The translations under genes were made by a program, and so were the position numbers. This document shows positions 28,332 through 37,393 of a stretch of 64,000 nucleotides of DNA, one piece after another (within the stretch, counting starts at the first letter, position 1; each line of letters begins with the position of its first letter). Location of the stretch: positions 70,202 through 134,201 of the forward strand of contig PWHR01000020.1 of assembly GCA_003554965.1 (NCBI GenBank). Reading direction: 5' to 3'. The notes beneath the pieces were generated by a model that ran no database searches, was not told the DNA's origin, and worked only from the letters and a program-made list of their open reading frames with translations. This DNA comes from Thermoplasmata archaeon (lineage in GTDB: Archaea > Thermoplasmatota > Thermoplasmata > Halarchaeoplasmatales > Halarchaeoplasmataceae).

Positions 28332-28819
28332 CTGAAACTCAAGACGAAAAAGAGGAGCTCTCTTGGAAAGAAAAAAAAGAACTTGAAAAGATCATAGATT
28401 CAGTCGAGGACCCCAAATACCAGAAAATCGAGCTGCTTCAAAAAACTCAGGAAAAATACAAGTGGCTGAAAGATGAGCATATGGGATATCTTGCCGAGTC
28501 TACTGGTGTCAGTTACACTGACCTTTACGGCATAGCTACTTTCTATACCCAATTTAAACTTCATCCGCCTGGACGTCATAAGATATCTGTTTGTATGGGT
28601 ACAGGATGTCACGTCAAAGGTGGTAGGGAAATACTTGAAAAATTAAAGGATATATTGGAGATAGACGTCAACGAAACAACAGAGGATAGAAGATTCTCAC
28701 TTGATCAGGTCAGGTGTTTGGGCTGTTGTGGTCTAGCCCCTGTTATTAACGTAGATGGTGAGACCTTTGGAAGAGTGAGTACAAAAGAAATAGAAGGTAT
28801 ATTAAAGGAGTTCAAGTAG
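28328..28819 (+). CDS. NuoE-like thioredoxin-fold [2Fe-2S] subunit
   Basis: CMGTGCHVKG...CLGCCGLAPV. It overlaps the upstream gene by 4 nt. Confidence 0.85.
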   Translation: MTETQDEKEELSWKEKKELEKIIDSVEDPKYQKIELLQKTQEKYKWLKDEHMGYLAESTGVSYTDLYGIATFYTQFKLHPPGRHKISVCMGTGCHVKGGREILEKLKDILEIDVNETTEDRRFSLDQVRCLGCCGLAPVINVDGETFGRVSTKEIEGILKEFK

Positions 28820-31800
28820 GTGAGAATGATGACTATAAAAACCTTAGAAGATTTAGATGAGATGGCGAATATAGGAATAGAAGATCTTGATCCAGATCAC
28901 CCACAGATAATCTTTGGATTCGCCACATGCGGTATAGCCGCTGGTGCTGAAGACGTGGTCGAGTTCACTAAAGAATATTTGGATGAAAAGGACATAAGAG
29001 CGGAACTCGGCGCAGTGGAAGAACCAGAGATCAAATCAGTAGGCTGTATCGGGATGTGTCATGCTGAACCATTGGTAGATGTAAAGATGCCCGACAAACC
29101 AAGGATAACATACTATGATGTAGATGAGACTAAGCTGAAGAGGATCATTGATGAACATGTTATAGGTGGTCGACCGGTCAAAGAATATGCTTTAGGTCAA
29201 TTGAGTGACGAACTATCGGAATGTGAGCACGGAAAGACGAAATTTACCTGGGAATTTGAGGAAATACCCTCCCTCAATGAGATACCTTTCCTATCAAAGC
29301 AGGTCAGAGTGGCTTTGAGAAACTGCGGTATCATCGATCCGGAATCGATAATGGAGTACACGGCTAGAGGGGGTTACAGGTCAGCCTTCAATGCATTGAA
29401 TAACATGAGTCCTCAAGAAGTGATAGAGGAAGTGAAAGAATCAGGACTGCGTGGTAGAGGAGGGGCCGGTTTTCCAACTGGTTTGAAATGGCAGTTCGCA
29501 AGAGACGCCGAAGGCGATCAAAAATATGTGATCTGCAACGCAGACGAAGGTGATCCTGGTGCTTATATGGATAGAGCAGTTTTAGAAGGAGATCCACACA
29601 GCCTCATAGAAGGCATGATCATAGGAGGTTATGCGATAGATGCCTCAGTCGGTTACATATACATCAGAGCCGAGTATCCTCTAGCCATTGAAAGGTTGAA
29701 AAAGGCCATAAAAGAGGCAGAGGAATACGGAATACTGGGCGAAGATATCTTAGGCAGTGATTTTTCCTTCGAACTAAAGATAATGGAAGGAGCAGGTGCT
29801 TTCGTATGTGGAGAAGAGACGGCATTGATGGGGTCTATAGAAGGTAACCGAGGTGAACCTAGACCTAGACCGCCTTTCCCGGCTAACTCCGGATTATTCG
29901 AAAAGCCGACCAACATCAATAATGTGGAAACCTGGGCGAACCTTCCGTTGATATTCGAAAAGGGCGCTGAGTGGTTCAACAGCATGGGGACCGAGAAAAG
30001 TAAAGGTACCAAAGTTTTCTCGCTTGTCGGCAATATCAAACGAGCTGGGCTGGTAGAGATCCCGATGGGTACGAAGATGAAAGATATAATATATGAGATA
30101 GGAGGAGGGATGCAGAACGAAAGAGATTTCAAAGCCGTCCAGACAGGTGGTCCTTCCGGTGGATGTATACCTCTTGAACATTTAGACGTGGAGGTAGATT
30201 ATGAGAACTTAGATGAACTTGGGTCAATCGTAGGTTCCGGTGGAATGGTGGCGATGGACGAAGATACGTGCATGGTCGATATCGCTCGATACTTCTTAGA
30301 ATTCTGCGTTGACGAGTCCTGCGGAAAGTGTACCCCCTGTAGAGTCGGTACTAGAAGGATGCTTGAAATCTTGGAAAGAATCGTTTTGGGCGAAGCAAAG
30401 ATGAAAGATTTAGAAACCCTAGAACATCTAGCTAAACAAGTCAGGGATGGATCACTTTGTGCCCTAGGAGGTACATCACCCAATCCCGTGCTTACCACAT
30501 TGAAGTACTTTAGAGATGAATACGAGCAGCATATAGAGCATAACAAATGTCCTGCTTCCTCATGTGCAGCTTTATTCCTTTCACCGTGTGAAGATACTTG
30601 TCCTGCCGGAACCGATGTGCCAGGTCAGATGCAACTTATCATCGAGGAGCGTTTCGGGGAAGCTTACGAATTTCAGAGGGAAGACAATCCATTCCCCGGT
30701 GTTTGTGGAAGAGTATGCGACCATCCTTGTGAGGACAGATGTCAGAGGAACCAATTGGATAGAGCAGTTTCTGTGATGTCTCAGCACAGGTTCTGCGCAG
30801 ATAAAGTGTATGAAGGAGAGATCGATTACAGACCTGAAACCTCAACTCTTGAAGATACAGGTAAACATGTTGGTATAGTCGGCGGAGGAGTCACAGGATT
30901 GACGACCGCTTACTTCTTAAAAAGATTGGGTCACGATGTTACGATATACGAAGCGAAGGACGAACTTGGAGGTATGCTGAGATGGGGCATACCAAAATAC
31001 AGGCTGCCTAGAGACGTGTTGGACTGGGAGATACAACAGATTTTGGATCTCAATGTGGATGTAGAGATGAACACATCAGTGGGCAAGGATATCCCGTTTG
31101 ATGATGTGCTTGATGATCATGACGCGGTGTTCCTTGGAGTAGGAGCTCAGAAAGATCGCGCATTGAATATGGAAAACGAAGATAAGCCAGGCATATTGAA
31201 AGGAATGGATATCCTTGAAAAGATGAACAGAGGTGAAGAAGTAGAGTTGGGAGACCGCATCCTGATAGTCGGTGGGGGTAACGTAGCCGTCGATATGGCT
31301 AGGACCGCTAAGAGGATGGGCTGCGAAGAGATAATAATAGCATACAGGAGAGAAGAGGTAGATATGCCGGCTTATCCCGAAGAAGTAGAAGAGGCAAAAA
31401 AAGAAGGTATAGAGTTCAATTTCCTTCTTTCTCCTGAAGAGATAATAGTTGAAGATGGAAAAGCTACCGGCATGGTTTTCACGAAAACTAAGATGGGTGA
31501 ATACACCAAATGGGGTCGTAGGAAACCAGTGCCTGTGGATTACGAGAAAGTCATCTTCAAAGCAGATAATATAATTACGGCGATAGGTCAGGAAATAGAC
31601 ATGAGTTTCGCTGAGGACTTGGCTGATAAGATCACAGATGAAAGGGGAAGAAGACTTAAAGTAAATCCCTATACGATGGAAACAGATCATCCTGATGTAT
31701 TTGCAGGAGGAGACGCCGTTTTAGGACCAGCCACCGTTATAGAGGCCGTAGGCCATGGTAAAAAAGCCGCTAAGGAAATAGACGCCCGATTGATGGGGGA

Positions 31801-32014
31801 AGACAGGTTGGAAGAACTTCAGAGCATAAATACTTATGAATATTCCATGGAACCACCAGATAACGAGCACTACATACCTAGAGCAGAATATCAATCCATC
31901 CCCGTAGAAGAAAGGAGTGGTAACTTCGAGGAAGTCATAGTATGTATGGACAGGGAGTGCGCGGTAAAAGAAGCAAAGCGTTGTCTTAGATGTGATATAT
32001 CAGAGGAGGAATGA
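28820..32014 (+). CDS. Fusion protein: NuoF-like NAD(H)/FMN/FeS module + GltD/NfnB-like FAD-dependent NADPH oxidoreductase module
   Basis: GAGFPTGLKWQF and ESCGKCTPCRVGT (NuoF core), an N-terminal Trx-like ATCG...GCIGMCH, then CEDTCPAGTD...CGRVCDHPCEDRC (GltD-type FeS), VGIVGGGVTGLTTAY (FAD) and IVGGGNVAVDMA (NADPH) folds were seen. 1064 aa. Confidence 0.85.
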   Translation: MRMMTIKTLEDLDEMANIGIEDLDPDHPQIIFGFATCGIAAGAEDVVEFTKEYLDEKDIRAELGAVEEPEIKSVGCIGMCHAEPLVDVKMPDKPRITYYDVDETKLKRIIDEHVIGGRPVKEYALGQLSDELSECEHGKTKFTWEFEEIPSLNEIPFLSKQVRVALRNCGIIDPESIMEYTARGGYRSAFNALNNMSPQEVIEEVKESGLRGRGGAGFPTGLKWQFARDAEGDQKYVICNADEGDPGAYMDRAVLEGDPHSLIEGMIIGGYAIDASVGYIYIRAEYPLAIERLKKAIKEAEEYGILGEDILGSDFSFELKIMEGAGAFVCGEETALMGSIEGNRGEPRPRPPFPANSGLFEKPTNINNVETWANLPLIFEKGAEWFNSMGTEKSKGTKVFSLVGNIKRAGLVEIPMGTKMKDIIYEIGGGMQNERDFKAVQTGGPSGGCIPLEHLDVEVDYENLDELGSIVGSGGMVAMDEDTCMVDIARYFLEFCVDESCGKCTPCRVGTRRMLEILERIVLGEAKMKDLETLEHLAKQVRDGSLCALGGTSPNPVLTTLKYFRDEYEQHIEHNKCPASSCAALFLSPCEDTCPAGTDVPGQMQLIIEERFGEAYEFQREDNPFPGVCGRVCDHPCEDRCQRNQLDRAVSVMSQHRFCADKVYEGEIDYRPETSTLEDTGKHVGIVGGGVTGLTTAYFLKRLGHDVTIYEAKDELGGMLRWGIPKYRLPRDVLDWEIQQILDLNVDVEMNTSVGKDIPFDDVLDDHDAVFLGVGAQKDRALNMENEDKPGILKGMDILEKMNRGEEVELGDRILIVGGGNVAVDMARTAKRMGCEEIIIAYRREEVDMPAYPEEVEEAKKEGIEFNFLLSPEEIIVEDGKATGMVFTKTKMGEYTKWGRRKPVPVDYEKVIFKADNIITAIGQEIDMSFAEDLADKITDERGRRLKVNPYTMETDHPDVFAGGDAVLGPATVIEAVGHGKKAAKEIDARLMGEDRLEELQSINTYEYSMEPPDNEHYIPRAEYQSIPVEERSGNFEEVIVCMDRECAVKEAKRCLRCDISEEE

Positions 32015-32020
32015 TAACCA

Positions 32021-32707
32021 ATGAATATAATAATCGACGGAAAAGAATACGGATTTGAGCCTGGGCAAAAAGTTTACGATGTGGCCGAGGAGAACGGTAT
32101 TGATATACCCACTCTATGCTTCAATGAGTTGAATCCAGACGAAAGACCCGCAGGATGCAGGATGTGTGTGGTAGAAATAATCGATGATGGAAACAACGAA
32201 CCAAATCTAGAGTCCAGTTGTACTTTACCTGCCTCTGATGGTTTAGAGATTTCAACGAAGAATAAAGTAGTATACGATGAAAGAAGAGAAGTTCTTGAGC
32301 TGTTACTATCTGAGCATGAACAGGATTGTCGTAATTGTGGGATAAGCGGCGACTGTCATTTTGCCGATCTTTCCTTAGAATACGATATAGACGGTGTTTC
32401 AGTATGTTCAGAATGTCCCAATCGTAAAGATGGATGTTTTCTGTCCCGAGATGTATTATGTTTAGGGGCGATAACTCATGCAGGTTGTGATGCTTTCTGT
32501 ACTCGCAACGGAGACCCTTGTGAGGGTTGTTTCAGTGTTCTTAGCAACGAAGACGTACTAGTATTTGGACTCGAAGCCTATGATGAGAATGGCTTCAGCA
32601 GAAAAGAAGTGTTGGAATCTGCTAAAGTCTTCTCTTATGAGGATGTTGAGGTACTCAAAAGACTGATGGAAGAAAATGACTTATTGAAAGAGGAGGTGTC
32701 TGAATGA
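32021..32707 (+). CDS. HoxU-like ferredoxin subunit (2Fe-2S + 4Fe-4S clusters)
   Basis: The 2Fe-2S-ferredoxin N-terminus (TLCF...GCRMCVVEI), HEQDCRNCGISGDC and CSECP...CDAFC...CEGC Cys clusters were seen. 228 aa. Confidence 0.7.
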   Translation: MNIIIDGKEYGFEPGQKVYDVAEENGIDIPTLCFNELNPDERPAGCRMCVVEIIDDGNNEPNLESSCTLPASDGLEISTKNKVVYDERREVLELLLSEHEQDCRNCGISGDCHFADLSLEYDIDGVSVCSECPNRKDGCFLSRDVLCLGAITHAGCDAFCTRNGDPCEGCFSVLSNEDVLVFGLEAYDENGFSRKEVLESAKVFSYEDVEVLKRLMEENDLLKEEVSE

Positions 32708-34014
32708 AAGATGTAGACGTCGAAGTAGAACACGTGACCAGAGTAGAAGGTCACGGTAATATAATAGTTGATGCGAAAAAAGGTGAACTAGAGGAAGTCC
32801 TTTGGGAGGTTTCAGAAGCACCAAGGTATTTTGAAGCATTCGTTAAAGAAAAACCATACGATCAATTGGCTCAGATAACATCTAGGATTTGCGGTATCTG
32901 TTCCATCGGCCATGCGTTGACCTCTCTCAAGGCTACTGAAGACGCTATGGGTATAGAGATCTCAAAGCAAGACAAGATGTTGAGAAAGTTAGCTCTTCAT
33001 GGAGAAAACATGCAGAGTCATGTTTTACACATAGGTTATCTAGCTCTTCCCGACTTAGTGGGAAAGGATTCGATAGTTCCTATGACCTCATCTCATCCCG
33101 AGGAACTTAAAACAGTCATCGGCATACACAGTCTTGCTAACGAGATGTCGCGGATCATGTGCGGAAGGACAACTCATCCAAGGCGGTTGATACCTGGTGG
33201 TTTTTCAAAACTGCCTTCTCCTCTGGAACTGGAAGATCTGATGCATAAGCTTGAGAGTTCAGTCACTGATCTGAAAGAGATAGCTTCCTTTGTAAAAGGA
33301 CTCTCTTCAGAACTTCCTGATTTCGAAAGAGAAACAGAGTTCATCTCGCTGACCCATGACGATGAATATCCTTTCTATGAAGGCAAAATAATATCTTCAG
33401 ATGGTGGGAAAACACCCGTTGAAGATTACCTCTCCGTAACAAATGAGTACGTAGTACCACAATCCACTGCCAAGTATACTAAAAATAATCGGGAATCCTA
33501 TATGGTAGGTGCCTTAGCAAGGCTGAACAATAACTATGACAAATTGAGTCCACTCGCAAAAGAGGTTGCAGAAGACTTTGGCCTTTCTCCCGTCTGCCAC
33601 AATCCTTACATGAACACTATAGCCCAGCTAGTCGAAGTCGTTCATAACGTAGAAGATTCAATTCGCATTATTAATGAATTACTCGATAGAGGCATAGATG
33701 AACAGGGATCAACTCACAAACCCGAAATAGAACCGAAGACTGGAAGAGGTATAGGTGCTGTAGAGGTACCAAGAGGCATACTGTTCCACGATTACACTTA
33801 CGATGAAGATGGCAGGTGTACTGATGCGAACTGTATAATACCTACAAATCAGAACCATGGTAATATACAGCACGATATGGAAGACTTGGTCCCGGAGATA
33901 ATAGGAGAAAGAACAGAGGATGAAATAGAATTGACGTTGGAAATGCTAGTACGTGCTTACGACCCGTGTATCTCCTGTTCAACGCACTACGTAGATGTTG
34001 ATTTCGTAGAATAG
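32704..34014 (+). CDS. [NiFe]-hydrogenase large subunit (short group-3-type)
   Basis: RICGICSIGH at the N-terminus and DPCISCSTHYVD at the C-terminus were seen. 436 aa. Confidence 0.9.
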   Translation: MKDVDVEVEHVTRVEGHGNIIVDAKKGELEEVLWEVSEAPRYFEAFVKEKPYDQLAQITSRICGICSIGHALTSLKATEDAMGIEISKQDKMLRKLALHGENMQSHVLHIGYLALPDLVGKDSIVPMTSSHPEELKTVIGIHSLANEMSRIMCGRTTHPRRLIPGGFSKLPSPLELEDLMHKLESSVTDLKEIASFVKGLSSELPDFERETEFISLTHDDEYPFYEGKIISSDGGKTPVEDYLSVTNEYVVPQSTAKYTKNNRESYMVGALARLNNNYDKLSPLAKEVAEDFGLSPVCHNPYMNTIAQLVEVVHNVEDSIRIINELLDRGIDEQGSTHKPEIEPKTGRGIGAVEVPRGILFHDYTYDEDGRCTDANCIIPTNQNHGNIQHDMEDLVPEIIGERTEDEIELTLEMLVRAYDPCISCSTHYVDVDFVE

Positions 34015-34052
34015 AAAACATACATTAATGATACAAAAACCATTTTTATTTT

Positions 34053-34652
34053 TCATTCTTCATCTTCTATTTTGGTAAGGATCTTTTCGAATCTTTCCTC
34101 TAACTCTTTATCTTTTCTCTTCTCAAGGAGATACATCAGGACTTCGAATCTGAGAAGTTGGGGAAAGCTTACCTCGCCGATCTTTTCTTCTTCATCAGAG
34201 ATAGGATCCATAACCCTTTCTTTGAGATCTATAAAGAACTTGGATAGTTCATCGATCAATTCCTCTTTCTCTTCTTCCTTTACTTTGTAGTTCATGATCT
34301 CCAGAAAGTCAACCATCTTTTCTGCATTCTTTTTTTCCCAATCTATCGTTATGTCCGTACGGACTCCGCTTTCCATTGAACTTGGATTGAGTAAAAAAAC
34401 CTTGGCCGTCCTCGAGTAAACTTTTTTCGGTATATGGTGGTCTTTTTGTTCTCCCACCATTTCCAAGTATCCTGCCTTTTCCAACTTTTTCACATGTCTA
34501 TAGATAGTGGAGTGGTCCTTGTCTAGAGTTTCAGACATCTGTGTAAGTGTCATATCATTTACTTTCAGTAGCGAGAGTATATCTCTCCTGGTATCCTCTA
34601 TAGCCAACTTGACATGTTCTGGATCACTCACTACTTTTACTTCCTTTTTCAT
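34053..34652 (-). CDS. ArsR-family HTH transcription regulator with extended acidic C-terminal domain
   Basis: An N-terminal wHTH (RRDILSLLKVNDMTLTQMSETLDKDHSTIYRHVKKLEKAGYL) is present. Confidence 0.6.
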   Translation of the reverse strand: MKKEVKVVSDPEHVKLAIEDTRRDILSLLKVNDMTLTQMSETLDKDHSTIYRHVKKLEKAGYLEMVGEQKDHHIPKKVYSRTAKVFLLNPSSMESGVRTDITIDWEKKNAEKMVDFLEIMNYKVKEEEKEELIDELSKFFIDLKERVMDPISDEEEKIGEVSFPQLLRFEVLMYLLEKRKDKELEERFEKILTKIEDEE

Positions 34653-34816
34653 ATTTCTTTCAATTGATGAGGAGGTTTATAAATAAGTTTTTGGTATGCA
34701 TCTGAGAGCGATGATCGTGAGAGTCATTGATCGCTAAAAATATAATCTATTTACCTACTAAAAATAGTAAAGTATATTAATCCCATGTCATTGAATGGTC
34801 TCGATAAGGTGAAATC

Positions 34817-35155
34817 GTGAAAAACGACGAGAATTGCTGCTCCGATGACAAGAATTGTTTGTGTCCCGTAGAAGGTATCATCGATGTGATCTCTAAAAAG
34901 TGGGCGATATGTATAATAAGTCATCTAGGAATCAAAAAGGAAGGGTACAGGTTCAATGAACTTCAAAGGTCTTTAAAAGGCATAAGTCCAAAATCTCTTT
35001 CAGACCGTCTTAAAGAGCTGAAGGAAGAAGGGCTCATCGATAGAGATGTTGAAGATTCCGTACCTCCAAAAGTTACTTACACACTCACCAAAGACGGCAG
35101 ATCCTTACACGAAAGAATGAAACCTCTAGTAAGGTGGGTAAACGAAAGAGAGTAG
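34817..35155 (+). CDS. HxlR-family HTH regulator with N-terminal Cys-rich segment
   Basis: GTG start. KWAICIISHL...YRFNEL is the HxlR core. The N-terminal CCSDDKNCLCP is a possible redox/metal-sensing Cys cluster. Confidence 0.65.
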   Translation: MKNDENCCSDDKNCLCPVEGIIDVISKKWAICIISHLGIKKEGYRFNELQRSLKGISPKSLSDRLKELKEEGLIDRDVEDSVPPKVTYTLTKDGRSLHERMKPLVRWVNERE

Positions 35156-35192
35156 TCAAATAGAGGATCAACCGTTACATTTAAATAATAAA

Positions 35193-35326
35193 TGCCTGTA
35201 ATAGCCCTTTGCTCTGTCTGTTGACCAGACGTGATGGGGCAATCCAGTTAGGATCCCTGTCTTTACACGTCACGGTCTTCGGACTCCACAAGAGGCATGG
35301 ATTCTGTCTCCATGGCTTTACGCAGA
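35193..35326 (+). ncRNA. Candidate structured 5' leader / small RNA upstream of the L3 ribosomal operon (three hairpins incl. UUCG tetraloop)
   Basis: Found by eye: GACGUG(35228-33)/CACGUC(35266-71), GGUC-UUCG-GACU (35274-85) and CAUGG(35296-300)/CCAUG(35310-14). The region is locally GC-richer, with a TATA-like atttaaataataaat at ~35180 upstream and SD gaggtg before rpl3. Confidence 0.25.
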
Positions 35327-35349
35327 GTTAACCATATCGAGGTGTACAC

Positions 35350-36348
35350 ATGGTAGAAACACATCATCCGAGAAGAGGTTCAATGGGATATTCACCCCGA
35401 AAACGCGCTAAAAGCATCGTGCCCAATATCAGGTCTTGGCCGGAATGGGATGGGGAGCCAAAATTACAGGCCTTCCCTGGTTACAAGGCGGGTATGAGCC
35501 ACGCTTTCGTAGTAGATTACAGAGCTACAAGCACAACGTCAGGACAGGAAGTGAGGGTACCTATCACGATAGTTGAAGTCGCACCTATCAAAGTAGTAGG
35601 CTTACGATTCTACGAAGAAACACATGAAGGATTGAAAACGATGGGAGAAGTATGGACCAGTAAGGTCGACGAAACCCTTAGAAAGAGACTTCCCGTACCT
35701 GATAATTATAATACCGAGAGTATGTGGGATGGGATAGATAGAGAGTTAGTAGACGAAGTCAGAGCGATAATTCATACTCAACCGGATCTAGTTTCTGGCA
35801 TCCCGAAAAAGGTCCCTGAGATCATGGAAGTTAGGATCGGTGGAGGAACTATTCAGGAAAGGATCGATGCCGGAGAAAAAATGCTTGGTGAAGATATTGA
35901 ATACGAGGATTTCTGCGAAGCGGGCAGGATGGTAGATGTTTCAGCTATAACCAAAGGTAAGGGATTTCAAGGACATGTTAAAAGGTGGGGTGTGAAATTA
36001 CTTCAGCATAAAAATAGTAAATCTGTTAGGAATGTTGGAAACACTGGCCCCTTTAGACCAGGTTATACCAGACCCACGGTTCCTCAAGCTGGACAGCAAG
36101 GGTATCATCAAAGGACTGAATTGAATAAACGTGTGCTTAAAATCGGTGAAGACGGTGAGGAAGTCACACCCGATGGAGGCTTTATAAATTACGGAGATAT
36201 AAACAACTCATACGTGGTACTCCACGGTTCTATACCTGGACCAACTAAGAGGTTGACTGTGATGAGAGACGCCGTTAGAGACGAAAAATACGATGTGCAT
36301 GATCCGAACTTAACCTACATATCGACTGAATCTAACCAGGGGGTCTAA
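35350..36348 (+). CDS. rpl3: 50S ribosomal protein L3 (uL3)
   Basis: Archaeal uL3 N-terminus HHPRRGSMGYSPRKRA; its position heads the L3-L4-L23-L2 cluster. Confidence 0.95.
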   Translation: MVETHHPRRGSMGYSPRKRAKSIVPNIRSWPEWDGEPKLQAFPGYKAGMSHAFVVDYRATSTTSGQEVRVPITIVEVAPIKVVGLRFYEETHEGLKTMGEVWTSKVDETLRKRLPVPDNYNTESMWDGIDRELVDEVRAIIHTQPDLVSGIPKKVPEIMEVRIGGGTIQERIDAGEKMLGEDIEYEDFCEAGRMVDVSAITKGKGFQGHVKRWGVKLLQHKNSKSVRNVGNTGPFRPGYTRPTVPQAGQQGYHQRTELNKRVLKIGEDGEEVTPDGGFINYGDINNSYVVLHGSIPGPTKRLTVMRDAVRDEKYDVHDPNLTYISTESNQGV

Positions 36349-36351
36349 TAG

Positions 36352-37119
36352 ATGAAGGCAAAAGTATACAACCTAGACGGTAAATCGAAAACTGAGATCG
36401 ATCTTCCTGCTCCTTTCTCTGAAGAGATAAGGCCAGATATAATCAAAAGAGCGGTAGAGTCATCAGAAGCAAATAAAAAGCAGCCCTATGGTCCTTCAAA
36501 AGAGGCTGGCATGAGACACGCTACGGAGATGCAGGGAAAAGGCCAAGGTATGGCGAGAGTACAGAGATTGACACAGTACGGAGGAAGTAGAGCCGCAGAA
36601 TCACCCCAAACGAGAGGGGGTAGAAGAGCTCATCCTCCGAAAGCGGAAAAAGACATGGGGAAGAAGATAAACAAAAAGGAACGCGCAAAGGCAAGAAGAT
36701 CTGCCTTGGCAGCCACAGCAAAACTTGAACTTATCAAAGAAAGAGGTCATGAGATCGAAGACGACTCTATTGATACGCCGATAGTAGTGGAAAAGAATAT
36801 CGATGAGATAAATAAGACTAAAGAGGCAATAGAATTTTTGAAAGAGATGGGTGTATACTCAGATATAGAGAGAGCCAAGGATGGGAAGAACATAAGAGCA
36901 GGGAAGGGTAAAAGAAGAAATAGAAAGTATAGACGGCCTAAAAGTCTTTTAGTTATTTTGCCGGAAGATTCTAAAGGTTTGAGAGCCTTCGATAATCTGC
37001 CAGGAGTTACTGCGAAAAACCCTCATAATCTGACTATAGAGGACCTATCCCCAGGTGGCCATTTAGGCAGATTGACTATCTTCAGCGTAAGTGCTTTGGA
37101 TAAATTGGAGGATTGGTAA
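36352..37119 (+). CDS. rpl4: 50S ribosomal protein L4 (uL4)
   Basis: Family similarity and conserved operon position. Confidence 0.9.
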   Translation: MKAKVYNLDGKSKTEIDLPAPFSEEIRPDIIKRAVESSEANKKQPYGPSKEAGMRHATEMQGKGQGMARVQRLTQYGGSRAAESPQTRGGRRAHPPKAEKDMGKKINKKERAKARRSALAATAKLELIKERGHEIEDDSIDTPIVVEKNIDEINKTKEAIEFLKEMGVYSDIERAKDGKNIRAGKGKRRNRKYRRPKSLLVILPEDSKGLRAFDNLPGVTAKNPHNLTIEDLSPGGHLGRLTIFSVSALDKLEDW

Positions 37120-37122
37120 TAA

Positions 37123-37392
37123 ATGACTAAATACGACTCAGCTCATAAAATAGTTTACCATCCGTACGTTACGGAGAAAACCATGATGGAAATGGAAGAA
37201 GAGAACAAGCTCGAATTCATATGCGCTATAAAAGCCAACAAACATCAGATTGCAGAGGCTGTAGAAGAACTATTCGATGTCGATGTAGAAAAGGTAAATA
37301 CAAGGATAGATGAAAAAGGGAAAAGAGCGGTGGTCAAATTCACGGATGAACATTCCGCAGAAGAGATAGGAATGAGGATAGGGGTGTTCTAA
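37123..37392 (+). CDS. rpl23: 50S ribosomal protein L23 (uL23)
   Basis: 89 aa; family similarity and position. Confidence 0.9.
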   Translation: MTKYDSAHKIVYHPYVTEKTMMEMEEENKLEFICAIKANKHQIAEAVEELFDVDVEKVNTRIDEKGKRAVVKFTDEHSAEEIGMRIGVF

Positions 37393-37393
37393 G

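Noticed and set aside
31076-31690. 204-aa antisense ORF inside the NuoF::GltD gene
   Set aside because: Embedded antisense to a well-supported long CDS; no conserved motifs.
35193-35326. Possibility that the L3-leader structure is a C/D-box or H/ACA sRNA, SRP RNA or RNase P RNA
   Set aside because: GUGAUGG resembles a C box but no matching D box (CUGA) at the 3' end; too short and lacking signature motifs for SRP/RNase P RNAs; kept only as a generic structured leader candidate.
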